Notes: generated by a model not told the origin, from the sequence alone. DNA of 63,869 nt, filler included, from Octopus bimaculoides (GCF_001194135.2; 5 parts of 5 records of this genome joined end to end with filler, not necessarily neighbours in it); one strand, 5' to 3'. Shown: positions 1 through 12,029, counted from the whole stretch's first letter. Numbers and translations are program-made.

Positions 1-700
1 TTTCACTGCCATGTAGCATGGCTGTTCGTACACATGCGTCATACAGTCTGCATTTTACTCTGAACGAGAGGCCCTTTGTCACCATCAGAGGTAAGAGCTC
101 TCTGAACTTTGACCAGGCTATTTTTATTCTAGCAGCTACACTTTCAGCACACCCTCCCCCGCAACTGACTTGGTCACCTAGGTAACAGAAGCTATCAACT
201 ACTAGTTTTTCTCCCTGGAATGTGGCAGAAGTAGTTCTCTGCACATTTTCAGTGTTTATTGCTCCTGAGCATCTGCCACACACAAAAACTATCTTCCCAG
301 TTAGCCTTCCTTAGATATTGCTGTACCTCTTATGTGTCCAAAGCTTACACTGGGTACATCTTATAAAGTTTCTACCTACACCTTTTCTACAGATCGAGCA
401 GGGTCATCTACCTTAAGGGGTTTGTGGTTTGTCTGCCTTCCTACCTATTAGGACTTTGGTTTTAGCTAGGTTGACTTTAAGGCCCTTCGAGTCTAATCCT
501 TGCTTCCACACCTGAAACTTATCCTCTAGTTCTGAGAGTAACTCAGCAATTAGAGCAAGGTCATCAGCACAGAGGAGCTCCCAGGGGCATCCTGTCTTGA
601 ATTCCTGTGTTATTGCCTGGAGGACTATAATAAATAGGAGGGGGCTAAGGACTGAACCTTTGTGGGCCCCTACCTCTACCCAGAATTCTTCAATGCACTC
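1..700 (-). mobile_element. RTE-clade LINE, degenerate reverse transcriptase fragment
   Basis: Minus-strand translation gives GSVLSPLLFIIVLQAITQEFKTGCPWELLCADD (YADD-like at 560-571) and AWSKFRELLPL...KCRLYDACVRTAMLHGSE; stops and frameshifts present. Confidence 0.85.
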
Positions 701-701
701 G

Positions 702-1311
702 TGTAATTAGGTCCCTCACTGAACTGCCGAGTGAGGCAGGAATGCCACAAAAGAGAAGATTTAATTGTCGATGCGAAGGTACCGCATGTGCAGCGAAATA
801 AGCGTCCAACTGTGCAAACCAAAGCGTGACGTCATCAGTGAAGGAAGAATGATTAGGTAAACTCATGTTTTCGTTACTCGTGTTCTGTCAGAGGAAAACT
901 AGAGAACCGACAGAGTGTTACTTGGAAANNNNNNNNNNNNNNNNNNNNNNNNNNNNNNNNNNNNNNNNNNNNNNNNNNNNNNNNNNNNNNNNNNNNNNNN
1001 NNNNNNNNNNNNNNNNNNNNNGTGTGCAGATAATGAGAGATAAAATATCTCTTAACGAAATTTTAAGTCGTGTACTGCGAGCACAAAGGAGAAAAATTTT
1101 TCTTCGTCGCCAAACCTGCTTTTGTGCATGAGAGGCGCGTAGAGCAGAGAGAGTGAACAAGCTCAAGAACTGTCTTATATAGGTGTCCTTCCGGAAAGGC
1201 TTACTGTCTCGTTGCGCATGCCCACCGGAAGTTGGTGAGATCTCGCTCCGGTCTCGAGCAGCCAATGGCTGTCAGCAAGATCTCAATATGGCGCGTCTGT
1301 GCGACACTACA
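702..1311 (-). mobile_element. Probable solo LTR (LTR-C), related to the LTRs of Gypsy-A; contains a 94-N gap
   Basis: Minus strand begins TGTAGTGTCGCACAGACGCGCCATATTGAGATCT at 1311 and ends ...CCTAATTACA at 702; first ~80 bp align with the Gypsy-A LTR; no TSD found. Confidence 0.7.
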
Positions 1312-1374
1312 GTATCTTCCCGAAATATTTCCAGCACTCTTGACTTGAATGGCTCATGAATTCCACGGCTAGCA

Positions 1375-1916
1375 TTATACAATGTTGATTGTCCCTTTCT
1401 TTTCTTTGCTATCAAGGATGAAATAACAGTTCGAATTTTTGTATCCGATGGTAAATCGGAAACGTCCAGGATGTTTACGTTTAAGTTCCACCAACATTTT
1501 ACTTGGACCTCGTTTCATAGCTTCGTTTTCATTAACCAAATTAAACATATCAATAATTTCTTGTTTAAATGGATCCACATACTTTCGACCATACTTATTA
1601 CCATGCTTTCTTGTTCTTGCCCATCTTGTTTCAAATCCACAACACTCATTATTATGCTGGATCACTTCATGAATGGGATCAAACATCTTAAGTTCTTCAA
1701 CATTTGAACAAGTATTAATCACCTCAAATTGAGGCTGTTCATATATATCTTTAGCATAAACAATAGCTTGACTGATTAAATTATGGATTTCCATTATGCA
1801 ATTATAGATTCCATTTTGCAATTATGGATTTCCATTTTGTAGGCAGTTGTAAATTCCCTACGACATAAATTACATTGAAGAAGATTTTCATCGTCTAATT
1901 TCATATCCAAATCATT
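1375..1916 (-). pseudogene. C-terminal segment of a split DNA-transposon transposase (Sola-like)
   Basis: NDLDMKLDDENLLQCNLCRREFTTAYKMEIHNC (zinc-finger-like) then WARTRKHGNKYGRKYVDPFKQEIIDMFN...GPSKMLVELKRKHPGRF; joins segment 7529-8644 once Gypsy-A and one CATT are removed (ASNINDLDM). Confidence 0.7.
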
Positions 1917-2358
1917 TGTAGCGGCACAAGCAGTCAGCGCCATATTGGATGAGATCTCGCGGCAGCCATTGCCACCTCCGAGACTAGAACGAGACCTCAC
2001 CTGCATCCATTTGCCATGCGCGAGCTCACAACGAGGCTCGCGATGGCAAACTAAATAAAATGAAGAAACCACGAGGTAGAGCACACTTCACTGGTTGGGC
2101 CTCTAGGCTAATCCGCTTGTCGTATCTCCTGAGGCAATGGGCCCGCGTAACGGAGAACGACGAATTCACACTGTTTGAGATGACTGCAGAGCGCAACACA
2201 ATACACCCTTGTATATATTGTAAATAAAACTGTTTGAGAACCTGCGTTATGCCTAATACTTCATTACTCGACTGCTGGAATCTTAAGCAACACGAAGAAT
2301 TAGAAATTAATGGGAGAAGGCGATATTCAACCGATATCGAGAACCTTGCCTCTCATTA
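1917..2358 (+). repeat. 5' LTR of Gypsy-A
   Basis: Direct repeat of 7059-7522; lacks a 28-bp segment present in the 3' LTR, with GT microhomology at the deletion. Confidence 0.93.
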
Positions 2359-2370
2359 GGTGACACCCAG
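2357..2370 (+). promoter_or_regulatory. Degenerate primer-binding site, tRNA-Trp-like
   Basis: TAGGTGACACCC at the end of the 5' LTR resembles TGGTGACCCC, the complement of the tRNA-Trp 3' end used by CsRn1-clade elements. Confidence 0.55.
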
Positions 2371-3614
2371 TAAAAGAATTTCCGGCAGCCGAAAGAAGCT
2401 ACAGCGCACCAGAAGACTCCACTTAACTTCAAGCCATTGTTCCATCTGCCGCCACATTTGAATTGCCCCACGTGAAAACAGGACTTTACCAGTCGCGTTC
2501 CATTTTCTGGCGAATTATTTTCAATTGACAAGAAGAAAAAAACAGAAACAAAGAGAAAAATATTTGTTGGTACAACACACGTATATTCACAATGTTTTTG
2601 GCATTTTGTTTTGTTTTCTTTCAGCANNNNNNNNNNNNNNNNNNNNNNNNNNNNNNNNNNNNNNNNNNNNNNNNNNNNNNNNNNNNNNNNNNNNNNNNNN
2701 NNNNNNNNNNNNNNNNNNNNNNNNNNNNNNNNNNNNNNNNNNNNNNNNNNNNNNNNNNNNNNNNNNNNNNNNNNNNNNNNNNNNNNNNNNNNNNNNNNNN
2801 NNNNNNNNNNNNNNNNNNNNNNNNNNNNNNNNNNNNNNNNNNNNNNNNNNNNNNNNNNNNNNNNNNNNNNNNNNNNNNNNNNNNNNNNNNNNNNNNNNNN
2901 NNNNNNNNNNNNNNNNNNNNNNNNNNNNNNNNNNNNNNNNNNNNNNNNNNNNNNNNNNNNNNNNNNNNNNNNNNNNNNNNNNNNNNNNNNNNNNNNNNNN
3001 NNNNNNNNNNNNNNNNNNNNNNNNNNNNNNNNNNNNNNNNNNNNNNNNNNNNNNNNNNNNNNNNNNNNNNNNNNNNNNNNNNNNNNNNNNNNNNNNNNNN
3101 NNNNNNNNNNNNNNNNNNNNNNNNNNNNNNNNNNNNNNNNNNNNNNNNNNNNNNNNNNNNNNNNNNNNNNNNNNNNNNNNNNNNNNNNNNNNNNNNNNNN
3201 NNNNNNNNNNNNNNNNNNNNNNNNNNNNNNNNNNNNNNNNNNNNNNNNNNNNNNNNNNNNNNNNNNNNNNNNNNNNNNNNNNNNNNNNNNNNNNNNNNNN
3301 NNNNNNNNNNNNNNNNNNNNNNNNNNNNNNNNNNNNNNNNNNNNNNNNNNNNNNNNNNNNNNNNNNNNNNNNNNNNNNNNNNNNNNNNNNNNNNNNNNNN
3401 NNNNNNNNNNNNNNNNNNNNNNNNNNNNNNNNNNNNNNNNNNNNNNNNNNNNNNNNNNNNNNNNNNNNNNNNNNNNNNNNNNNNNNNNNNNNNNNNNNNN
3501 NNNNNNNNNNNNNNNNNNNNNNNNNNNNNNNNNNNNNNNNNNNNNNNNNNNNNNNNNNNNNNNNNNNNNNNNNNNNNNNNNNNNNNACACCAGGTATCAG
3601 CATATAGCCCGTAA

Positions 3615-6600
3615 GTGAATTCAGCCTTGTTCTTTCCAATCGCCAAAAAACGAGTCTCGGAGGAATTGAGCACGTCAATTCTCTCCTCTTCATTTTTTAC
3701 TCATCGTGCATTCCTCGTAAAAGATTTGGTGTCTAAGACACAATTCATGGTTGATACCGGTTCTTCTTGCAGTATTTGGCCTCTTCGTCTCACTGCAGAC
3801 AGGCCTAAGCATTCTGCCATTGTTTTGCACGCAATCGACTCGTCTCTCATTGCTACTTTTGGTCGGATTTCTTCACGCCTGGATATTAGTCTTCGTCGAG
3901 ATTTTCAATGGGTTTTTGTCATAGCTGATATGCCGCATCCTATTCTGAGAGCGGACTTTTCAGATTATTTTAATCTATTGGTAGATATCAAGCGACAGAG
4001 ACTCGTCGACGGTTCTACGTCTTTGTCTGCACCTGCAAAGGCCGCTACCAATGCTGTTCTCAGTCCTTCATTTTTTGTCGCCACTGCTGGTGATCCATTT
4101 CATTCTCTTTTGGCTTCTTTTCCAGAACTAGTAGATCAGTCTTTTCCTTCGACAAAACCTACTCACTCGACCCTCCACTATATTATCACCACTTGACCAC
4201 CTGTCTTTTCACGTCCGCGGCGACTTGCTCCTGACCGTCCTAAGAAGGCTAGGTCTGAATTTGAGCACATGCTCCAGCTTGGCCTGATACGCCCCTCCAC
4301 CAGCCCATGGGCATCTCCCCTTCATTTGGTACGAAAAGGGGATTCTGATTTTTGCCCGGTGGGGGATTATAGACGTTTGAATGCGGTCACTGCTCCCGAT
4401 CGCTATCCTATAAGAAATCTCCAGGACTTCTCTAATCTGCATGGTTGTACCATTTTTTCTAAGGTCGACCTCGTTCGCGCCTATCGTCAAATACCAGTCA
4501 ATCCTGAGGATGTACCAAAAACTGCCATCACTACTCCTTTTGGCAGCTTCGAGTTCCTTTTTATGAGCTTCGGGTTGCAGAAGGCCACGAACACGTTCCA
4601 ATGATTTATCAATGACGTTGTCTGTGGACTTGATTTTGTGTTCGCTTACGTTTAGGACATACTCATTGCAGGCGACACGCGTGAGAATCACCTCCAACAC
4701 TTAAATCAAATCTTTCAGCGTCTTCGCGCATACAGTGTGCGAATCAACCCTGATAAGTGTGTTTTCAGGCAGTCCTCTCTGGAATTTCTGCGGCATTATA
4801 TCGACTCAAATGGTATCAGACCTCTCTCTACCAAAGTCGATGCAATTCAGTGCATCGCACCCCTCACTTTATTACGCCAACTTCGGCACTTTTTGGGAGT
4901 AGTCAACTTCTACAGACGCTTCATTTGTGATTGTGCAGACAAGTTACTTCCTTTGACTCAGCTATTGAAAGCAAATACTAAAAGGAATTCTCTCATTACT
5001 TTATCTGCCGAGGCGTTATCTGCTTTTCAGTCAATCAAAAAAGAAATAACTTCTGTTCCTTTGCTTGCACATCCGGTTCCCGATGCTCCTCTCTCTTTAA
5101 CCGTTGATGCATCGGATTCTGCGGTTGGTGCTGTTTTGCAGCAAAACGTAGACAATCAAACTAAACCTTTAGCGTTTTTTTCTCGTCAATTAAAGCCAGC
5201 CGAACGTCGGTACAGTACTTTTGATCGTGAGCTCTTGGCGATCTACCCCTCGGTTCGTCATTTTCAACATCAACTCGAAGGCCGAGATTTTGTGATTTAT
5301 ACTTTTCACAATCCTCTTATGTTTGCTCTATCATCTAAATCGGACAAATCCTCGCCTCGTGCTTTTCGTTACCTGGATTACATTTCCCAGTTCACGAGTG
5401 ACATTCGGCACATACCTGGAACAGAGAACGTGCCTGCTGATGCACTCTCTCGTCTTCCTGTGTGCTCCCTTTCATCTCCTGCTGCAATCGATTTAACTAC
5501 AATTGCGCAGGATCAGCCAGCTCTGGACACTTTGGATTTAGCTTCTACCAAGTTGTCCTGTTGCAAGTTTGCCTATCTTCCACTTCCGTCTGCTGAAGGC
5601 ACCATTCTTTGTGACACAGCTACTGGTTCTCCCAGGCCGTTTGCACCTGAGAACCACCAGCACTCTGTGTTTGATGTCTTGCATTCACTGTCACATCCTG
5701 GCGTCGCTGCCTCAGGGAAGCTTATTACGGCTCAGTTTTTCTGGCCTAATATGCGCCGGATGATCACCGATTGGGCGCGCTCTTATGTGAAATGCCAGCG
5801 TTCTAAAACCCACGTGCACATTCGCACTCCTCTTGGACAGTTTTCTCCTCTGGAGACTCGCTTTCGCCATGTCCACATTGATCTGGTTCGACCATGGCCT
5901 GTGAGTCGCGGTTTCTCTTACATATTGACATGCGTCGATCGATTCTCTCGTTGGCCAGAGGTCATTCCGATAGTGGACATTTCCGTTTCTAACTGGATTG
6001 CTCGCTTTGATGTCACAGCTAAAATAATCACTGATTGCGAACGCCAGTTCGAGGCTTTCCTATTTCGTGAATTATCACGAATCCTAGGCGTTCATCACAT
6101 TCGTACGACCAGCTACCACCCAGCCTCCAATGGGATGGTCGAACGTTTTCACAGGCAACTGAATGCCACTCTATGCGCCGCTCCTGATCCGCAGTCTTGG
6201 ACAAAATTCTGCCTATCGTTCTTCTTAGTTATCGCACTGCTGTTAAATCAGACTTGGGCTTCTCCTCTGCTGAACTCCTTTACGGTACCACTCTGGCATT
6301 CCCTGGTACAGTGTTTGTGCCAGACAACTCATCGCCTCCTGATCTAACGTCGCATGTCACCAGACTTCGCTCGTATTTCTCAAGTCTTCTCCCCTTGCAT
6401 CCGCATGACCAGTCTATTTCCTCTCACGACCCACCGGATATTGACAAATGGACTCGTGTTTTTGTTCGGGATGATTCTGTCAGAGGACTACTCATTTCTC
6501 CTTATAAGGGACCATTTCGTGTGCGATTGTGCACACCTAAAACTTTTAGTCTTGACATCAATGGTCGAGCAGAGACCGTGTCGGTTGACAGATTTAAAAG

Positions 6601-6808
6601 GACACATTTTGAGGTGTCCACACCCTTCGATGACACCCCAAAAACGCCTACCTTTGATCCTTTACAACCACCTGCACATGCACCTTTGACCGCAACACCC
6701 CCACCTCCACCTTCGTCACCACTACCTAACACGAACAAACCCTATGTCACCAGGACAGGCCACACGGTGCATTGGCCCCCAAAACTCATTAAAACTATTT
6801 ATATCTGA
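3615..6808 (+). pseudogene. pol: Gypsy-A pol (aspartic protease, RT, RNase H, integrase), frameshifted
   Basis: MVDTGS protease; [32 protein letters not shown] with the YVDD site broken by a stop (AYV*DI); LTVDASD and YSTFDRELLA RNase H; HVHIDLV and SNGMVERFHRQL integrase. Confidence 0.93.
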
Positions 6809-7044
6809 CAATCTCTTTTGTGTTTCCTGTGACAGACAATTGCTTTCTTGTGTTACTGAACAATTCCAATACTCTGCCATTAAACATTTTGTCAAATTTT
6901 GTGCATGCCAATTTATATTTCTTGCAATTATTTTTCTATTTGACTTATCACATTTTTGTACCATATCTTGTTAGTTGCGATCAGTTGCCATCTTGGCTCT
7001 TTCTTGTGTCTGCTCCAATTATTCTGTTTTCTCACTGCTGCACT

Positions 7045-7054
7045 GAGGGAGGAG
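7045..7054 (+). promoter_or_regulatory. Polypurine tract of Gypsy-A
   Basis: GAGGGAGGAG a few bases upstream of the 3' LTR start TGTAG at 7059. Confidence 0.8.
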
Positions 7055-7058
7055 CCCT

Positions 7059-7524
7059 TGTAGCAGCACAAGCAGTCAGCGCCATATTGGATGAGATATC
7101 GCAGCAGTCATTTCTCTGAGACTGGAGCGAGACCTCACCTGCATCCATTTGCCATGCGCGAGATCACAACGAGGCTCGCGATGGCAAACTAAATAAAAGG
7201 AAGAAACCACGAGGTTCGATCTCTTTTCCCTGCGACCGCTTGTAGAGCACACTTCACTGGTTGGGCCTCTAGGCTAATCCGCTTGTCGTATCTCTTGGGG
7301 CAATGAGCCCGCGTAATGGAGAACAACGATTCCCCCGTTTGAGATGGTTGCAGAGCGCAACACAATACATACTTGTATATATTGTAAATAAAACTGTTTG
7401 AAAACCTGCGTTTTGCCTAAGACTTCTTTCCTCGACTGCTGGAGTCTTAAGCAACACGAAGAATTAGAAATTAATGGGAGAAGGCGATATTCAACCGATA
7501 TCGAGAACCTTGCCTCTCATTATA
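7059..7524 (+). repeat. 3' LTR of Gypsy-A
   Basis: Direct repeat of 1917-2358; ends CATTATA, followed by TSD CATT. Confidence 0.92.
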
Positions 7525-7528
7525 CATT

Positions 7529-8644
7529 AATATTTGATGCTACAGCAATCCAATACGATGCTTCTCTGGGATATAACCCCCAACACCATAAACGATACAT
7601 TTTGTTAAGCTGCCTCTATCTTTCTCTACAACACCAATATCGTCAGCAGTGTCTGTATCAAATATTTCATTTTCATTGGAAGCACAATCTTCTTCATCTG
7701 ATTCGCTTTCACAATTTCCTTCATTTATGTTGTTCGTAGTGCCATTGATAAGGTTGTATGTTGCTGTCAATAGTAAGTTCGAATTTTCATAAACTGAAGC
7801 GGAATTTCTTGTTAAGTCAAACTGTACTTCCATATGATCACATATGTTTTGTAATTTTCCTATTATCTCCAAGTTTTCCTGTTCAAACTGTTCAATAACA
7901 TGCCTGTTAATACAAACCAATTCTGCCACTGTATTTCTTACACTGCCATTAGCATTTAAAGCATCAACTAATTCAACAGGAGTTATAACATCTGAACCCA
8001 TATTACAATGCATATACACATGACTCATAGCTGTAGCAAAATGAGCGTCGATACTGCCTTTACCATCTTGTACACCAGGGTGTACCAAAGTACAAAGTTT
8101 AAGGTTGTAACTATCTGCAATTTTATATAATGTAAACAATTAGTTGCCCTTCTTGTAACATCTTGCGTTGTCAGATTGTACATAAAGATTTCGAATGTAT
8201 GGAAATTTGGTCGATATTTATCTACATACTTGTATCAAAATAGAACATAACAACCACATAGTCTTGCTTACTATCCCCAGTAGAAATGTGATCGAAGTAA
8301 GTGATACGATAATCCTTTATATTTTCAGTATTACGCCGTTCTTCATCGGTGTATCTTGAATACATCATGGTTCCATGCCACGATGACCCTTTCTTACCGT
8401 AAAAATCTGTAGTTTTTTCCCTACAGTATATAGCTTCGAATTTCATTTTGAAATCCATAACAACCATAGCATCTTCTAAACGTAAATTGAACATTATTTC
8501 ATTGCGTTGTTTAAGTACACGATGACCAAATAAAAGATATAATTTTTCCATCACATCATTCAATAGAATTTCATGTTCTGGGCTCACATGTCGTTTAATG
8601 TATTGTATTACATGCTTGGGGAAGCAACAAACACCACATTGTTT
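7529..8644 (-). pseudogene. Catalytic-core segment of the split Sola-like transposase
   Basis: VMDFKMKFEAIYCREKTTDFYGKKGSSWHG, YVQSDNARCYK and QDGKGSIDAHFATAM give a candidate D-D-D triad; in frame with the upstream segment across the GTTT TSD (ISEAEMKQCGVCCFPKH). Confidence 0.75.
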
Positions 8645-8998
8645 TGTAGTGACGCATAGTTCTAGACGTTATGTTGGAACATTCATCTGCGCATGCGCAA
8701 GGATTAGAACCTTCCGAAGACCTGACGGAAGCACCTTGTGCACATGCACAGTTATCATCAGCAGCTAGGGTTCACCACCATTCACCCTCTTCGATCACGG
8801 CTTCTGACCGGGCAGGACGCAATTTACAGTAGCTCCGTCGAGAATGGGACGTTTAATGGAGAGCGGCACCGCGAGTCTGTAATAATGCCTAATTGCCTTG
8901 GTGCCTAACTACCAACCCTGCTGCTTCTTCATCTAGGTGTTCACAGCTACCGTTAACCAGAGATGGAACGTTTATTCAGAGAAATAAATTATTATTGT
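8645..8998 (+). repeat. 5' LTR of Gypsy-B (5' part, interrupted by the Penelope element)
   Basis: Aligns to 16009-16277 up to AATAAATTATTATTGTT, then switches to Penelope sequence. Confidence 0.88.
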
Positions 8999-9117
8999 TG
9001 TTGTATTTGGGGATGGTCATATTGCCAGTTTAGCCAATAAAAACACACGCACTGTATATTTGGTGTTAATTTGCTTCAGCTTTATATTACATTACATTAC
9101 ATTAATCCTATTATTTC

Positions 9118-9162
9118 GGCCAGAGTTCTTTCGTCACACTTCTGTGACCTCATCAGTGGTCC
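9118..9162 (-). ncRNA. Minimal type I hammerhead ribozyme motif, sense to the Penelope ORF
   Basis: GGACCA-CUGAUGA-G-GUCACA(GAAG)UGUGAC-GAAA-GAACUC-UGGCC: core, 6-bp stem II, minimal stem III, CUC cleavage triplet, CCA/UGG stem I. Confidence 0.75.
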
Positions 9163-10172
9163 TTTGCTTACTTCTTTCTTATGTGTGTCCCACCTTGCTA
9201 ACTATCAGCCATTTTATATTTTGTATTCCTATTGTATTTGTCTACGCATGCGTATCCTTCTTTGTGTGTCTATGTTTTGTAAGTGCATGTGTGTGTATGG
9301 GGAGTGCCTGTATTATCTATATCCTCTGCTAATACATGTTCGTTTATTTATTTATTTGTTCATGTGTTTATACCTACTTTTTTTGTATTTAATTTAATTT
9401 TGTTAACGCATGTAGTTTTAATTCCATTTGTTTATCTATGTATTGTATTATATTTTGTTCATATTGTTATCGGTTTATGGGGAATTTATTGTCATATGTT
9501 GTGGTTTGTTGGGGGTGTGCGTTAGTGTTCCATTCCAGTTTCTTATTCAGGCAAGGTTTATCTTCTATTATGTGTGTAGCATCTGTAATTTGTCTAAGTG
9601 CTGCGTCTGTGCTATATGTGGACAAGATTTTAATTTCTATGTTGTTGAGTGAGCCTCCGTGTTCCTGCTCAGCGTGCTGGTACAGAACTGATGAGCTCTT
9701 CTCTTCCTTAAGTTCCCTCCAGTTTTTCATTTACCCGCTCTCCTGTGCTCAGTACTGTTTCCCCTACATTCGTCATTGTCTTGTTACTGCATTTTCCTTC
9801 TGTACATCTTATACTATAGACCACATTTCTGGTTTTACAGTTTGTTTGTGGGCTAAATCTACATACAGTATAGTTCCTATCAGTGCAGGGGGTTCTACTA
9901 AAAGGGTATGTTCTACTGATAAGGGATTTGAACAAATAAATCTCGCTAGAAGACGAACATGAACAAATAAATAAATAAAAACAAGAATAAATGAACATGT
10001 ATTAACAGAGGATATAGATAATACAGGCACTCCCCATACACACACATGCACTTACAATAACATAGACACACATAGAGGGATACGCATGCGTAGACACATA
10101 CAATAGGAATACAAAATACAAAATGGCTGATAGTTAGCAAAGTGAGACACACATAAGAAAGAAGAAAGCAAA

Positions 10173-10217
10173 GGACCACTGATGAGGTCACAGAAATGTG
10201 ACGAAAGAACTCTGGCC
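10173..10217 (+). ncRNA. Second hammerhead motif, in the inverted pseudo-LTR
   Basis: Same as 9118-9162 except the stem II loop is GAAA. Confidence 0.75.
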
Positions 10218-11210
10218 GAAATAGGATTAATGTAATGTAATGTAATATAAAGCTGAAGCAAATTAACACCAAATATAAAGTGCGTGTGTTTTTATTGGCT
10301 AAACTAGCAATATGACCATCCCCAAATACAACAACATCTGTTTCAACACACGATTTNNNNNNNNNNNNNNNNNNNNNNNNNNNNNNNNNNNNNNNNNNNN
10401 NNNNNNNNNNNNNNNNNNNNNNNNNNNNNNNNNNNNNNNNNNNNNNNNNNNNNNNNNNNNNNNNNNNNNNNNNNNNNNNNNNNNNNNNNNNNNNNNNNNN
10501 NNNNNNNNNNNNNNNNNNNNNNNNNNNNNNNNNNNNNNNNNNNNNNNNNNNNNNNNNNNNNNNNNNNNNNNNNNNNNNNNNNNNNNNNNNNNNNNNNNNN
10601 NNNNNNNNNNNNNNNNNNNNNNNNNNNNNNNNNNNNNNNNNNNNNNNNNNNNNNNNNNNNNNNNNNNNNNNNNNNNNNNNNNNNNNNNNNNNNNNNNNNN
10701 NNNNNNNNNNNNNNNNNNNNNNNNNNNNNNNNNNNNNNNNNNNNNNNNNNNNNNNNNNNNNNNNNNNNNNNNNNNNNNNNNNNNNNNNNNNNNNNNNNNN
10801 NNNNNNNNNNNNNNNNNNNNNNNNNNNNNNNNNNNNNNNNNNNNNNNNNNNNNNNNNNNNNNNNNNNNNNNNNNNNNNNNNNNNNNNNNNNNNNNNNNNN
10901 NNNNNNNNNNNNNNNNNNNNNNNNNNNNNNNNNNNNNNNNNNNNNNNNNNNNNNNNNNNNNNNNNNNNNNNNNNNNNNNNNNNNNNNNNNNNNNNNNNNN
11001 NNNNNNNNNNNNNNNNNNNNNNNNNNNNNNNNNNNTCATTTCTTTTCCTGTTTTTTCTTCTTTTTTCACAGCGACGAAGGTTGGTACAAAGAAAAAAAAT
11101 TTTTTTTCTCTCTGCATATAGTACACGATAAACAAAATTGTTTCTCACAATTTTTCTTTTTCTTTTCTCCTTTGTGCACACACTCCTCTACAAACACATT
11201 TTGTCGGTTC

Positions 11211-11923
11211 GGTACTATTCAAGAAGAGTGGTCCCGGTATACGCACTCGCACACTCGCGCATCCGCGCTAGCGAGTCGTGACTAGTCGATCCTCCGATTA
11301 CCTAGCGCGAGTGCGCGTTATGCGCAAAAACATGTATAAGGGTTTTTTCTAAACAAAGTAAATAATTTTTTTTACACAAAGTAAATAATTTATATAAACA
11401 AAATAAATAAATTATACACTACCTGTTTTTGGTAAAGAGTCCATTAAAAAGTCGGTCTTCCAAAATCTACTGTTCAATGGTATCAGTACATGAGGGACAT
11501 TACAAGTAATTATCTTTTGCGTAACCCCTACAAATACAACGGAGGATGGGATAGAGAGGATAAAAATAGGCTTTTAGTCTTTGTACCTGACCGTTCTTCT
11601 GAAACTCTTCTACCACTTATTAAAAAATTTATCAAACCATGGACGACTATATATTTATATATTCTGATTGTTGGAGTGCGTACAATGGGATTACTGAAAT
11701 AGATGTGACACTAAAATACGCTCTGGAAGAACGTAAAACGACGTTTTAAGAGTAAGAAGATGGGGAAGATTAAAATAGAAAAATATTTACTTTGTTTACA
11801 TGTTTTGCGCATACGCGCATTCGCGCTAGATAGTTGTTGTAGGATCGACTAGTCACGACTAGCTAGCGCGGATGCGTGAGTGTGCGAGCGCGCGTACCGA
11901 GACCACTCTTCTTGAATAGTACC
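11211..11923 (+). mobile_element. Merlin (IS1595-like) non-autonomous DNA transposon
   Basis: ~125-bp TIRs beginning GGTACTATTCAAGAAGAGTGGTC; perfect 8-bp TSD GTCGGTTC (11203-11210, 11924-11931); internal VPDRSSETLLPLIKKFIKP-TTIY..SDCWSAY transposase remnant. Confidence 0.9.
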
Positions 11924-12029
11924 GTCGGTTCACTATTCGGTTTTCTTCGTTTTCTCGTGTTTCATCTCAATTTCTCTTTGTTCCTTTTCGTCGTTTTGCT
12001 TCTATTCGTTTTCCTTTCCTTTTGGCAGG

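Larger units (their letters stand above)
1917..7524 (+). mobile_element. Ty3/Gypsy LTR retrotransposon A (CsRn1-like), full-length but degenerate
   Basis: Paired LTRs starting TGTAG; TSD CATT at 1913-1916 and 7525-7528; PR-RT-RH-IN order; PPT before 3' LTR; gag region lies in N gap 2627-3587. Confidence 0.95.
8996..10356 (-). mobile_element. Penelope-like element, 5'-truncated: GIY-YIG endonuclease flanked by inverted pseudo-LTRs
   Basis: Minus-strand CKTRNVVYSIRCTEGKC...NVGET...ERVNE and SVLYQHAEQEH...IKIL...LRQI...KPCLNKKLEW; ~9955-10336 is the reverse complement of ~8996-9375; right end runs into an N gap. Confidence 0.88.

Noticed and set aside
698-1315. TSD for solo LTR-C
   Set aside because: Flanks CTCG and GTAT do not match, so the left boundary is less certain
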